Assembly (NCBI GenBank): GCA_001949185.1 | Contig: BDGG01000017.1 | Span: forward strand, 186,001 to 250,000 | Source of the DNA: Ramazzottius varieornatus | Lineage: Eukaryota; Animalia; Tardigrada | DNA length: 64,000 bases | Direction of reading: 5' to 3' | Shown: positions 44,911-55,435 of the stretch, in pieces | Numbering within the stretch: the first letter of the stretch is position 1 | Layout of the letters: each line of letters starts with the position of its first letter | Notes under the pieces: model-generated | The model's database searches: none | What the model saw: the letters and a program-made list of their open reading frames with translations, nothing else | What the model was told of the DNA's origin: nothing | Made by a program: the position numbers and the translations under genes

Positions 44911-46301
44911 GTGAATACTTAACGGAGTATAGGGGATCATCGATATACAATATTGCAGTGTGTGATGGTCCTGCGCTTGTCGGCAAAGTTGGTAGAAGGG
45001 AAGAGTGGTACCGGCTGAGTTCTCTAACTCACAATCCGCTGTCTACCATAACACTTGTAATACCGGGCAATTTCATGCTGGCAGAATACCGGGGGTACAA
45101 CTGAGTTTCGCAGCCTTTTAACTGGCTGGAAGCACGATAGAGGCGTGTACAGACCAATCACGGTGCTCCCGCAACTTCATGAACCCATGAAGTTGCGAAT
45201 GTTACTGCGCAAAACCAACGTAATGTTCCGCCACATGATCGGGGTACGCCAACGTATTTCATTTTATTTTTCGCTACACTTATTTCGATTTCTTCTTGCT
45301 GCAATTTAAACAAACAACACTCTGCTTCGTTAATCTGTGCGCTGCACAAACATGAACGTTACATGAGCCACAAACAATCATCGTTCTTCGCTCAATCTTT
45401 CTGGGACAGGGCAATGCGTAAAATGCGTAAAAAGGCTATGCGTAAAATAGAAATCTGTAAGACTGAATTTACTTCTTGCCATCTTGGCGGCGCCACCAGT
45501 GGTAGTATCGTTCGTGACGTCATGGGTTGCGCCATATGTCGAAACACCACGAGCAACTTGCGATTTTTTGTCTGACCACTGGACAACCGCTAGTTGGACG
45601 CTGGAGATATAATGTTGTAAAGAAGTGATTGTGAGTTGTTCTGAATTTTTTTCAGCTGTTGAAACGCTTGGCGCGTGAAGGAGGACCTGGATCATGTGTT
45701 GGGAGCAGTTTGCCCTCGAACCTTGTAAAATATTTCCAATTCCGTACGTAGTGTTTAGCCAGCGGTCACCAGCTACACGTCATAGAGAACTTGCCACTAC
45801 AGGCAAACAAAAAACACTGAACCACCAAAGCTGTACAGGAAGTGATTTGCGGTCAGGTAACCGTGCGCTGCGAAACCGAGTTGTACCCCCGGTATTATGA
45901 GTGATAAAGAAGAACCCACGACCTGATCGTAGGGCACTTATTGGGTACTGTTCATCCATCATAAAGTACCTCACGAGACATCACAGTCCAAATTGTTACA
46001 ATTATTCTGGACCTGCTGTTAGTACTGCGTCTCCTATTCGTATGTCTCGCTCAGCGTCGAAAACGAAAGAAGGCAACCGACCTACTGCTACCAATGTTCC
46101 GGCGGAGCTCGAAGCTAAGCATGCATGGAAGGGAAGACTGCGGCGTTGCGATATACCGTAGCTTGTTCGTGTAATATATTTGTACTTTCCTGTAGGGAAA
46201 CCTCAAATGCATTAGTGTCGCTCAAAAATTAATCAGTATGAATTTACAGTACGACCCGTTGCGGGAGCGACGATGCTGTAAATCATCGTGTCCTCAAAGT
46301 A

Positions 46302-46962
46302 TCATAGATTGTCCAAATCGTGTAGTCGGGGCAGATCCAGGGGTGCATCATCCATGCCGAATCCATCAAAAGCCGGCATGGCGTCTACGGATCGTCCGTA
46401 GCGACCTCGACCATATCCTCCACCGTAGCCTCGTCCACCTCCATATCCGCGATCGCCATAGCCGCCATCGTAGCCGCGACCGTAACTGCGGCTCACCGCT
46501 TCACTCACGAACAAACCTACAAGAAACGCCATAAGCATATCTTCTCAACGGGCCGGCTGAACTTTCGCGTCACCGGAAAACGGACGAAAAGCACAAAATG
46601 GGGAGTTCGGCAAACAACCTCGAGAAGATTGCTTTCCCAAGTGGTGCATACTTTCGGCATTATTGGCTGACAGCGTGCGCCTCTCGGCAAACTCGGCAGG
46701 AATGTACTGTAGTGCCACCAGTTTAATGCGCACTTAACCACGAGAACAGTAAATGATGCCCGGGTGAGAGTCATACAGGCTGCACGGATAACATCTGATC
46801 ATACTGGGCCACGATGACTCAGGACGTGGTCGGTGCTAGCGTGCGTCACTTAGGAGAAACGATCTCAAATCCTTTGCCTAACTCGTGCACAACAGAACGG
46901 GTCAGGAGCATACCGACAAGGGCCATAACGAGGAGGAAGAGAGCGAGCAGTTTGCCCAGCAT
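46302..46962 (-). CDS. Secreted Gly/Tyr/Arg-rich peptide precursor 1; exons 46962-46914 and 46516-46302
   Basis: MLGKLLALFLLVMALVG|LFVSEAVSRSYGRGYDGGYGDRGYGGGRGYGGGYGRGRYGRSVDAMPAFDGFGMDDAPLDLPRLHDLDNL; phase-1 GT-AG intron containing family A dyads. Confidence 0.85.
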
Positions 46963-47029
46963 AATTGCTCGGGTGGGTCGTGAGGGTGCAGTAAAGACAT
47001 TGCTGGTGTCTGTTTTCAAAGGGTTGCTC

Positions 47030-47232
47030 CGGTACTTTTTCGAACGGAATCACGAATGCTTTGAGTTTACATTGGTCATTTATCGAAGCGGATTATTGCG
47101 ACGTCCGCCCCACATGCTCATCGGTAATAATTCAACTCTCTAGCAATCACCTCCTTCTTCTCTAGTGGTCTTTCTGGCCCTACGCTACACAGATGCGTTC
47201 GTGCGGGATGTCAAGTTTGTCCATTTGCCGAC
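47030..47232 (+). pseudogene. Partial copy of Kv exons 2-3
   Basis: YFFERNHECFEFTLVIYRSGLLRRPPHMLI|DAFVRDVKFVHLP parallels 40121-40325. Confidence 0.8.
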
Positions 47233-47748
47233 CGCATTCAAGTTTTCAATACTGATAGTTGAACCAGGTTGCTAAATTTCGTACCGAAGCGTATGGACAG
47301 ACATTAATTTGCTCGAAAGGCTTGGCTGGACGCCCTATTTTTTTATGCTGTTGGCTAAACGTAAGTGCAAAACAGTTTATAGGACACAATCTGTAGGAAG
47401 GAAAGTGAACATAACGTTGTAACTTGACGGTTTGAAGCGAGAAAAGTGGATTCGTCAAGGAGGAATCGGAAAGCTTGCATAACAAAGATCCTAAGTTCGA
47501 TAGGTAGTGAGTTCGTGCATAGTGCTCGTTTTGCCCGTTTGACGGTTATGGCGGCTGCCACGTTCCGTGCCAAAATATGGTAACGAAAAGATGGTCGCGC
47601 AATTGGTCAAGGTCTAATCTAGCCTTAACACACGCCACGCGATATACCGAATACGGAAAAGAGACACCACAGTGGAGTAACTTCAGTTTCGGACATCGTC
47701 TGTTACCAACCCAAGTGTCGAAGCAGCCTACTGCAGGTTCTCATCAAG

Positions 47749-48300
47749 ATGGGCTCTACAGCGGCTCTTTTGAAAAGCGTGGGGCTTCTTGCCGTTGGAC
47801 TGAAGATGGCTCAGAGCAGGACCTGGTGCACTGATAAAGTGTATATCGACGGTTGTCCCGACAGCGCCATGGACGCAAAGGTGATGGGAATTCCATGGGG
47901 ACAGAGCTGGGAGGACGCCTGTGGCCGGAAATTCCAAAGTGATGGCTTGATAGGCGATGTACGGCTATAGCGACAACGCTGTCTGTAGACTATGTCACTT
48001 GTTTTAGATTGGTGCTTTCGTGGCATTCGTACTCATGCATGCACAGCCAGTGAATATCTCTTGCAAGGTATGGTATTGTGAGAAAGACCAGGTAGCGACA
48101 GGAATTTGGCTCAAGGGATGCGGCTGGGCTTGGGCGTACCTCTGTCGGCCTTTTAAGTGGTGTGGCAATAGCATCTTCATCACCGGTTCTGTCATCAACT
48201 ACATAAGGGAGCAGGTGTGGGAATTCTAATTGGTCAAAGCTGAGAGAATGCTTGTGCGGCTTGCGGTCGGGCCTTTGAGCAGGCTGGCTCCTTGTCCGCG
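47749..48300 (+). pseudogene. Secreted Trp/Cys-rich protein, copy 2 (disabled)
   Basis: MGSTAALLKSVGLLAVGLKMAQSRTWCTDKVYIDGCPDSAMDAKVMGIPWGQSWEDACG..|WYCEKDQVATGIWLKGC...; frameshift/stop at ~48225; followed by MITEs. Confidence 0.65.
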
Positions 48301-48357
48301 GTACGGTTAAAGCAGTATACAGTGATAGGCTTTCCTTTGATTGCGCCATATATGGAT

Positions 48358-48556
48358 CACATGTAGGACGAGAGATTATGGTACAGTAAAAATTATGGTA
48401 CAGGCCTTTTCGCTACGGCGGTACGGGAACACCTACGTACGTGACCGATCCACAGTAATACATTTTTCGACACTTTTCTACGGTCGAGTTTCCAGTTCGC
48501 AGTCCTTTCCGCCTGTCCCATAATTCTTACTGTACCATAAATTCTCGTCTTGCGTG
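48358..48556. mobile_element. MITE family 1 copy
   Basis: TIRs gacgagagattatggtacagtaaaaattatgg / ccataattcttactgtaccataaattctcgtc; related to 1019-1503. Confidence 0.75.
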
Positions 48557-48558
48557 AA

Positions 48559-48760
48559 CAGTGTAGGCAAATAAGGTACTCTAAAAGGGGGAGGGCCAAA
48601 ATCGAGTTTTCGACAAGTGACGTAGAACTCCGACTCGAAGTAATCAGCAGATCAAGCGGCAGTTCACGTCTCTGGATTGCAGCTTGATCAGCTGTTTGCT
48701 TTTTGCGTCACGTGGATTTTGGCTTTGCCCCCCCTCAGAGTACCTTATTTGCCTACACTG
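48559..48760. mobile_element. MITE family 2 copy
   Basis: cagtgtaggcaaataaggtactct / agagtaccttatttgcctacactg; inverted copy of 2588-2790. Confidence 0.85.
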
Positions 48761-49977
48761 TACGTACTGTTTGTGCCATATATACTTATGCAGTGCACAA
48801 AATGCATTGCTTCCGGCGATCACGTGGTATGGGTTACGGCTGATTAATGGCCCAAGACCACGCGGCCACCAGACGGGATGCATTTTGCTCTCTCCATAAC
48901 TTACATCCTGTTCGCAATCCATAAATCTGCACATTTCTTTCATTGCAAAAACTCATCTATATTTTGAATGATGTCATGATAAAAAGAACGTGACCAATGT
49001 CGTACAGTTTCATGAGCTACTGTGGATCCAGACTATGTGAAGATGAGAACCATCGTGTTAACCAACATACAACACAATATTCTACTCAGCAAACAGTCAT
49101 TTTTTCTCCCGAAAATCTCGGCTCTGGTCCCAGAAGGCTGGCTTGGACAAGGAACGGTCAAAGGTTTTTATACGCACGTTGTCCCTTCCGTCATGTGTCG
49201 GATTCCTAGATTAAACCAGCGGTCCAACGCAGCTCCAGTTCTACTGTACCTCTAAATTGGCAGCATGTCTGAGCGATGAACTGTAAGGACAAATTTGGAG
49301 CTGCTTGCTGGTGGGACTTTTGCCGTTCTGACAAGTGAGTAGGATAAGAATTCTATTGCGCCGTGGGTACTCCCTCATCAAATCTTTGTTCTTGTGTTCG
49401 TAAACTCCAACGACCGAGAAGTAACTTGATGTAGCTACTTTCGAACGGAGTATAGATGATTATCTCTAATTTGTGTAATGGTCGCGCACTTGTCGGCAAA
49501 GTTCGCAGAGGGGAAGGGTGTTCGGAACCCTGACATAAATTCCACTTTCCACCATAAGGAAGACCAGCAGTGGCGCGTTGGCCTCGCACGGCAGTTATAG
49601 GGTACAGTCCACTATGCAACAACGCTATCTAGACTATATCAAGCTATCTAAACTGACGTATATATAAATACTTTTGCCACTAAAATGCAACTTGGGTTGG
49701 TAGCGTGAGCCTGGAACGATCCGAAAGTTTTTGGAACAGGCCCGGTTCTAAATAGTTAAACCAATATACTGGGACACACGTAACGTACGGGGACCTCGTG
49801 GTGTTTTGAACGACGGAACCATCAATTATGATATTACCGTTTGAAGGCTTTATTGGTCAAAATGTACGTACGGTACAAATTAAAGCATTGTCACGATGAT
49901 AAATGCTGTAAATTATAAATGTCCCTAACTAGGGTGTTAGCAGTTCGTTGAGAATAAGGAAGTTAGTTCGATAAGAA

Positions 49978-50525
49978 TCAAGCCAGATCAAAAGCAACTT
50001 CATCTTGACCAAATCCACCGAACATGGGCATAGCGTCTACGGATCGTCCGTAGCGACCTCGACCATATCCTCCACCGTAGCCTCGTCCACCTCCGTATCC
50101 TCGCCCGCCATAGCCGCCGCCGTAGCCGCGACCGTAACCACGGCTCTCTGCTTCACTCACGAACAAACCTATAAAACGCACATCAATAATGCGGTAGTCT
50201 TTCAACGAGCCGGCCGGCCGCCGACTTCACATCGATGGAACACGGATGAAAACCCCGAAATATGGGAGCTTTTCAAACGAACTCATAAAGGTTGCTTCCC
50301 CAAGTAGCGCACAGCTTGTTATTGGCCAGCAGTGGGCGCCACTTGGCAAACTCGACAGGATCGTTCGGTCCAAGTGGCGCACATTTCCGGCGTTATTAGC
50401 CTGTTGTGCGCGTCACTTGGATAAACGAATTATTTGCCCGGATCGCGTGCGCATTTTGAGCTGGGCGAGAGCTTACCGGCAAGGACCACGAAGAGGAGGA
50501 AGACAGCAACGAGCTTGCCCAACAT
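49978..50525 (-). CDS. Secreted Gly/Tyr/Arg-rich peptide precursor 2; exons 50525-50477 and 50168-49978
   Basis: MLGKLVAVFLLFVVLAG|LFVSEAESRGYGRGYGGGYGGRGYGGGRGYGGGYGRGRYGRSVDAMPMFGGFGQDEVAFDLA; intron in the same position as copy 1, with family A dyads at 50290-50468. Confidence 0.88.
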
Positions 50526-51043
50526 GATTGCTTGGGTAAATTTCGGTAGATGCAGTGAGGAACAATGTTGAAAGGAGGAAGTAATTTTAGGAAACTTTGA
50601 ATTGTGAGAAAACTGGTTCTGAGAAGTTGCACGGAAGGTATCGGGTCTTTTTATTGCGACCTATGGTGGAAGTTCACCTGAACATAGCTAATTGTTTCAT
50701 AAAACACTTGACTTGCTGCATTTTGCAAAAGTGATATTGTCACGCTACAAAAAAACTTGCCGAATAATCGATCACTAGCGCCCATCTGGAAAACCTCAGA
50801 TTCTTCAAAACAAACACCGGCCTAAGACAACGTTATTAGCCCGGTGGCTGGTTCAGCAGAAACTCCTGTAAAGAAGTGTTCGTTATGACAAACAAGTGGC
50901 TCGCTGCAACATACACGCTCAGCAAGTGCAAGACAAAAACAAAGCCACCGATATCAAACAGTCAGCAACAGTCCCAAGCAGCGCTCGCAATCATCTTGAC
51001 AAACGTCGAGCGCTCGGCAAAAAACTAGACTATAATGTACTTT

Positions 51044-51200
51044 CAAGTGGCGCACCTTCCCATTGTTATTGTTCGAGCGAGTGCGCCAGTCAGACAAGCG
51101 ATCTTGCAGATGCTGTTCTCCCACGTGGCGCAAACTGACTGTGTTATTTCCCGAAACGGTGCGCCACTTCGAAAAATGCTCACGTCGAGTTTGTTTGTCT
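51044..51200. repeat. Family A dyad element, 2 units, intergenic
   Basis: Both spacers are 25 nt. Confidence 0.8.
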
Positions 51201-51619
51201 TCGCTGAGATTCTTCTTGAGAATTTTTCATTATCTCAGCGCTGACTTTGACACTTTGCCCTCATAACAAATTTTCTTGCCCTTTCCTGTTTCAAATTTCT
51301 GTACGGTTTTTACCCATCGGACAAACACTTCACTTGTCCAAACAACGGTCACGTTTTGACAAAACATTGTTCAAACAAAAGCGAGCTTAAAAAAGGCTAG
51401 TTAGTCAACAGTCGACACATGAGCAACACCGGTTCAAAAGCAAGAAAGACTCAGTTTAGCTAAGCAAGAGAACCGGAAGATAACACATGAATAAAAAAAC
51501 ACCTATAAGGCACACCGGGAACTTTTGCGGCAGATCTCACCGGGAAGCACTGCGTAAAGTACAAATATATAATAAAAAAATGGAATAATTTGCCCTGACG
51601 CAAAAAGGAGGAGGGAATA

Positions 51620-53896
51620 CTAGAGAGCTGCTTCGTTTTCTTCCTGGTCTTCTAAGCGGGCATACGGACGGATGAGTGAGCGGTTCTCAATGCCGGAATC
51701 TGCCGAAGCTTTTCTTCTGGACTTCTTCCGCTTGTAGCACCCGAGAGCAACGGTGGTCAGGACAATGACGAGGACAACGGTTATTAATGCTATACTGACA
51801 TCTTCCACTAAAGAACAGCCAAGACAAGGGTACTTCAGGTATTTCGCAGAAGGTTTGAGTATGTTGTGTAACGAGACGAAGAGCCACTTACCATTAATGT
51901 TGTCACCAAACTGAGGTCCTCGACATTCCTTCTTGACATCTTCCACCCGAAATGGCTTTGTAACTTCGACCAACGTAATCAGAGGACAGAGCGAGCTTGT
52001 GGTAGGACAACCGGGAGGAATTACGATTTTGGGTTCGCTAGTCGGAATATTCAACGGACTACAAAACAAATTCAAACTAGTTGACCCGGACAGAAACCGT
52101 CCAACCAGCCACGTTCTCACATGACAGCTCACGTGCCAAAAACACGTTTCCTGTTCATCAGTTCTGGATGGGTTGACTTACTCATTCTTGAAAGATACCC
52201 GCACGGAGTCATTTTGGAATTGCTCGATGATGACGACGGACTAAAAACATGAAAAGAGATGATGCGCCGTGACGCAAAATTCTCATACAAGGAAATCTCA
52301 GCCAAGCAACAGCATACCGCATAGTGAGGAATACCAATGTTAGAGATGTTTGCGGAATAGTTGTACAGCTGAAGCGACGCCAGAAGTCCCGCGACGGTCG
52401 TGTCATGCTGCAAAAACAGGAGATGAAAGTCACGCTGAGGAAAGTTGATTTAATGGGGGAATGAATCACCCCAGAGTAAACGAAGAGTTTCGTCTTGTTA
52501 AGGTACTCCTGGGCCTTAGCATGGCCCTTATCGCGCATGCGGTCGACGATGAGGTCGAGGAGGTTCCCGCCACCCAGGCGTGCTCGCGCGCGGTCCCCAT
52601 TCGCTCCGTACTTCATGTGAAAGAAGACGTTGGATAGTTCGCGCATCTTCAGGAAGACCGTGCCGTTCAGCCAGGGCGGTAAGTTCAGCTCGTGGGCTTG
52701 CTGGCAAGTCAGAACGTCGTAGACAAAATCTAGCTGTTCCCATTCATCCATGGCAGTCTTCATAGTCGATGGATCTGCTCCGCTGGCTTTGATCACGAAG
52801 TCGAAGACAGCCTGAAAAGTGAGACGGTTATTCAGCTAAACGGAAAAGTAGGCAAATCAGTTCAGTTAGATCAGTTTTCCAAATGCGGTGCACGCTTTCA
52901 GCCCATAACACTGACAACATCCGCCATCTCGAAAAACATTCTTGTCGAGATTTCCAATGGCGCACGCTCTCGGCCAACAACACTGAAAGAGTGCGCCAGT
53001 TGAAAAAATGATCTTGTCGAATTTGCCTGCTGATCACCCGAGCAGTCCAGGGATATTTCAGAATACTTACACGGTTTTCTTTGTGAAGACGTCTGGCTTC
53101 GGGCAGGTTTGAAGACTCGTTAATGAGGCGTTTGAACTCCATGCACGGCGCTTCCTTGTACAAGAGGCTTTCCTCCGCCCACGCCACCGAGTGGACAGGT
53201 ACGGGACGCCAAGTTTGCCCCAATTCATCTTTACTCCAGCTGGTGGAAGCATCTGCTGGAATCAACCCAGCTGCAAAGGCCGCTGCGCTTTCTAGTGTCC
53301 GATCTTGGTCGGATGAGCGAATGTACACCTGCAAATATCAACAGAAAAAGTACAAGAGACTTCCCTGTGCGTCAAGGCTCTGCCGATTACATCCTCTTTC
53401 AATACAAACACATATTCAAGATTCGTCTTTGGGTAAGCCGCACCTCAGAAGCTTGGTTCGTTGCGTTGAGGAAGCCGTGATATCTCCTCCGGAAGAAGCT
53501 TCCCAAGTCGTAGTGCTGCTTCACACCGACACGCGTCAGTTGTCCCATGCCGTTTGTCCAAATGGCTTTTCCATACGGATCTGTCTTGTATACACGAAAA
53601 GGCGCCCGATCTCCATGACGGAAGACCTAGGACGAATTCAAAGTGTGCCAAACTCCTCTCACAAGAAAATAAAACACCCAGCAAGACTCAAATGCTACAA
53701 TGACGCATTAAGTCATCAATGCTAACTACGATAACTGGGTTAAAAAGAGAGAAATGGTTTACAATGACTGACCCACCAGTTGGACCAGCTTCAGGTCGTT
53801 GACGGTTTCTCCATCGGACAGTCCCTCATTGAGCCTGCTTTCACCAGCGAGCGTTTCGCAAAGGATGAGGAGCGTCGTAATCCATCTCAGCGGCAT
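51620..53896 (-). CDS. ACP2: Lysosomal acid phosphatase-like (histidine phosphatase branch 2), type I membrane protein
   Basis: Signal peptide; VFRHGDRAP; GQLT; YIRSSDQDRTLESA; WRPVPVH; YSG|HDTTV; C-terminal TM, basic stop-transfer and YARL sorting motif. Confidence 0.88.
52870..53030. repeat. Family A dyad element, 2 units, ACP2 intron
   Basis: aatggcgcac...gtgcgccagttg-aaaaaatgatcttgtcga. Confidence 0.8.
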
Positions 53897-55435
53897 TGCA
53901 GATTATGAGTAGCCAGTACAAAACAAGTAAGAAAGAGCATGAAAGGCGAACCGGAAGTCGCACAGCTGTTGAGGGGAACCTCTGTCAATCAACAATCAAG
54001 CGACTCCGCCATGTTACGACATATTGTTCATTCGTGGTCTAACACTGCGGTTTCGACATGGATACTCCGTTGAAAGTTGCTTAGCACTAGCTGTCGAAAC
54101 AGCGAGAGACCCTATCCAAACAAGAATGCAATCTGGATCACAAATCAGCATGGAAGAGTGCGGGAACAAACGAGGAAGGAAGACTGGAATGACCAATGTT
54201 TTCTGACCGAATTTCGAAGTTCCAACTGGGTTCCCGGTGAAGGCCGTGTCGACCACTCTGAACTCCCTGCGGGGAAGTTCGGGGGAACCTTTTATCTCTG
54301 AGGAAGATGCAATTCATATCATGCAAGCCTGGAACTACCCGGAAATGCTCCGAAAGATAACGAAGTTCAGACGAAGAAACTGTCTGCTCTTTTTGTAACT
54401 CTCCGGTTGTTGTGAATACGAAGATCTGCGAGTACATTATTGACGTTCCGAGTATTCCGTTCCGAGTATTTCGAAACCGGACAGTTCCGTTCTAGAAGGT
54501 CGATATATTTTGGCCAGAATTGAACCCACACTCTCTGCATATGACTGCTCTCTTTGTGCCCACTTCTCCACTGCAACGACACTTAATTAAATGTTGTGGA
54601 AGGTTTGTTGAGCGTGCCCGTGCTCGGTTGTATCTTGCGAGCCTGAGCGGCACAGTCATGTGCTTGATCCATAACCGCGGGCCATGCTCAAGGCCCCCGG
54701 TGATTGCGTAAAAGCCAGTCTATCGGTCTCGGAGCTCCGTTCGCTCGCAAATGCAATCGGCGGGCCGCACCATGTTTTGACCGGAACGCAAAAAGGCAGC
54801 TGTGTGAGCTGTTATCGTTCAAAAATTCATCAGATACGTATCGCAATGTTGTTTTGTCAAGTTCATGTTCAAAAAATGTCTGATATTGTTGGGACTGCGC
54901 GCCGAAATTCTGGAATACTCTCGCGGCACTTACTCGATCGCTGGTGATCAGACTTCCGGTAAGTTGAGCCGTAGAGCGAGTTCAATGTAGGCGATGCGAA
55001 GTGAGAACAGCTGTCAGCTGCTGTGAAGTGTTGGAACCTTCCGTCTGGAACCAACACCCTGTTCTTCTCGTTCCCCAATTTTTTTGCATGCATTAGGTCT
55101 TTCTGCAGTCTTTCATGCTTGACACAGGTGTTAGAGGCGATAAACATCGGTTTCGAGCTACAAGATGTATTACTTTTGGAATTACTGATCTTTTCACTGT
55201 TAACCGGCGCAGAACGTCACGGAGTACGTTGTCGTACGATCGTTTTATTACCAAGGTGCCTACGAGCGTAATGACGTAAGCAACTGGTTCTGTCCAATCA
55301 GCAGTTTGGAAACCGGTAGTTGATTGACTGATATCGCGGGATTCCATAATTACCGTACTGTATCATGTTTTGCGCTCACTGATGATTACGGAGATCTGTT
55401 TCTTCTCTATGCAGGTCTGATGCTGTATTCGCGAG

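Noticed and set aside
53123-53725. Long antisense ORFs over conserved genes (also 6675-7136 and 34797-35423)
   Set aside because: Shadow ORFs of opposite-strand exons, crossing introns and without homology cues.
53940-55430. Bidirectional ACP2/TMEM131 promoter with CCGGAAGT motifs and ORFs at 54869-55347
   Set aside because: The head-to-head layout is real, but short motifs alone cannot define a promoter and the ORFs are unrecognisable.
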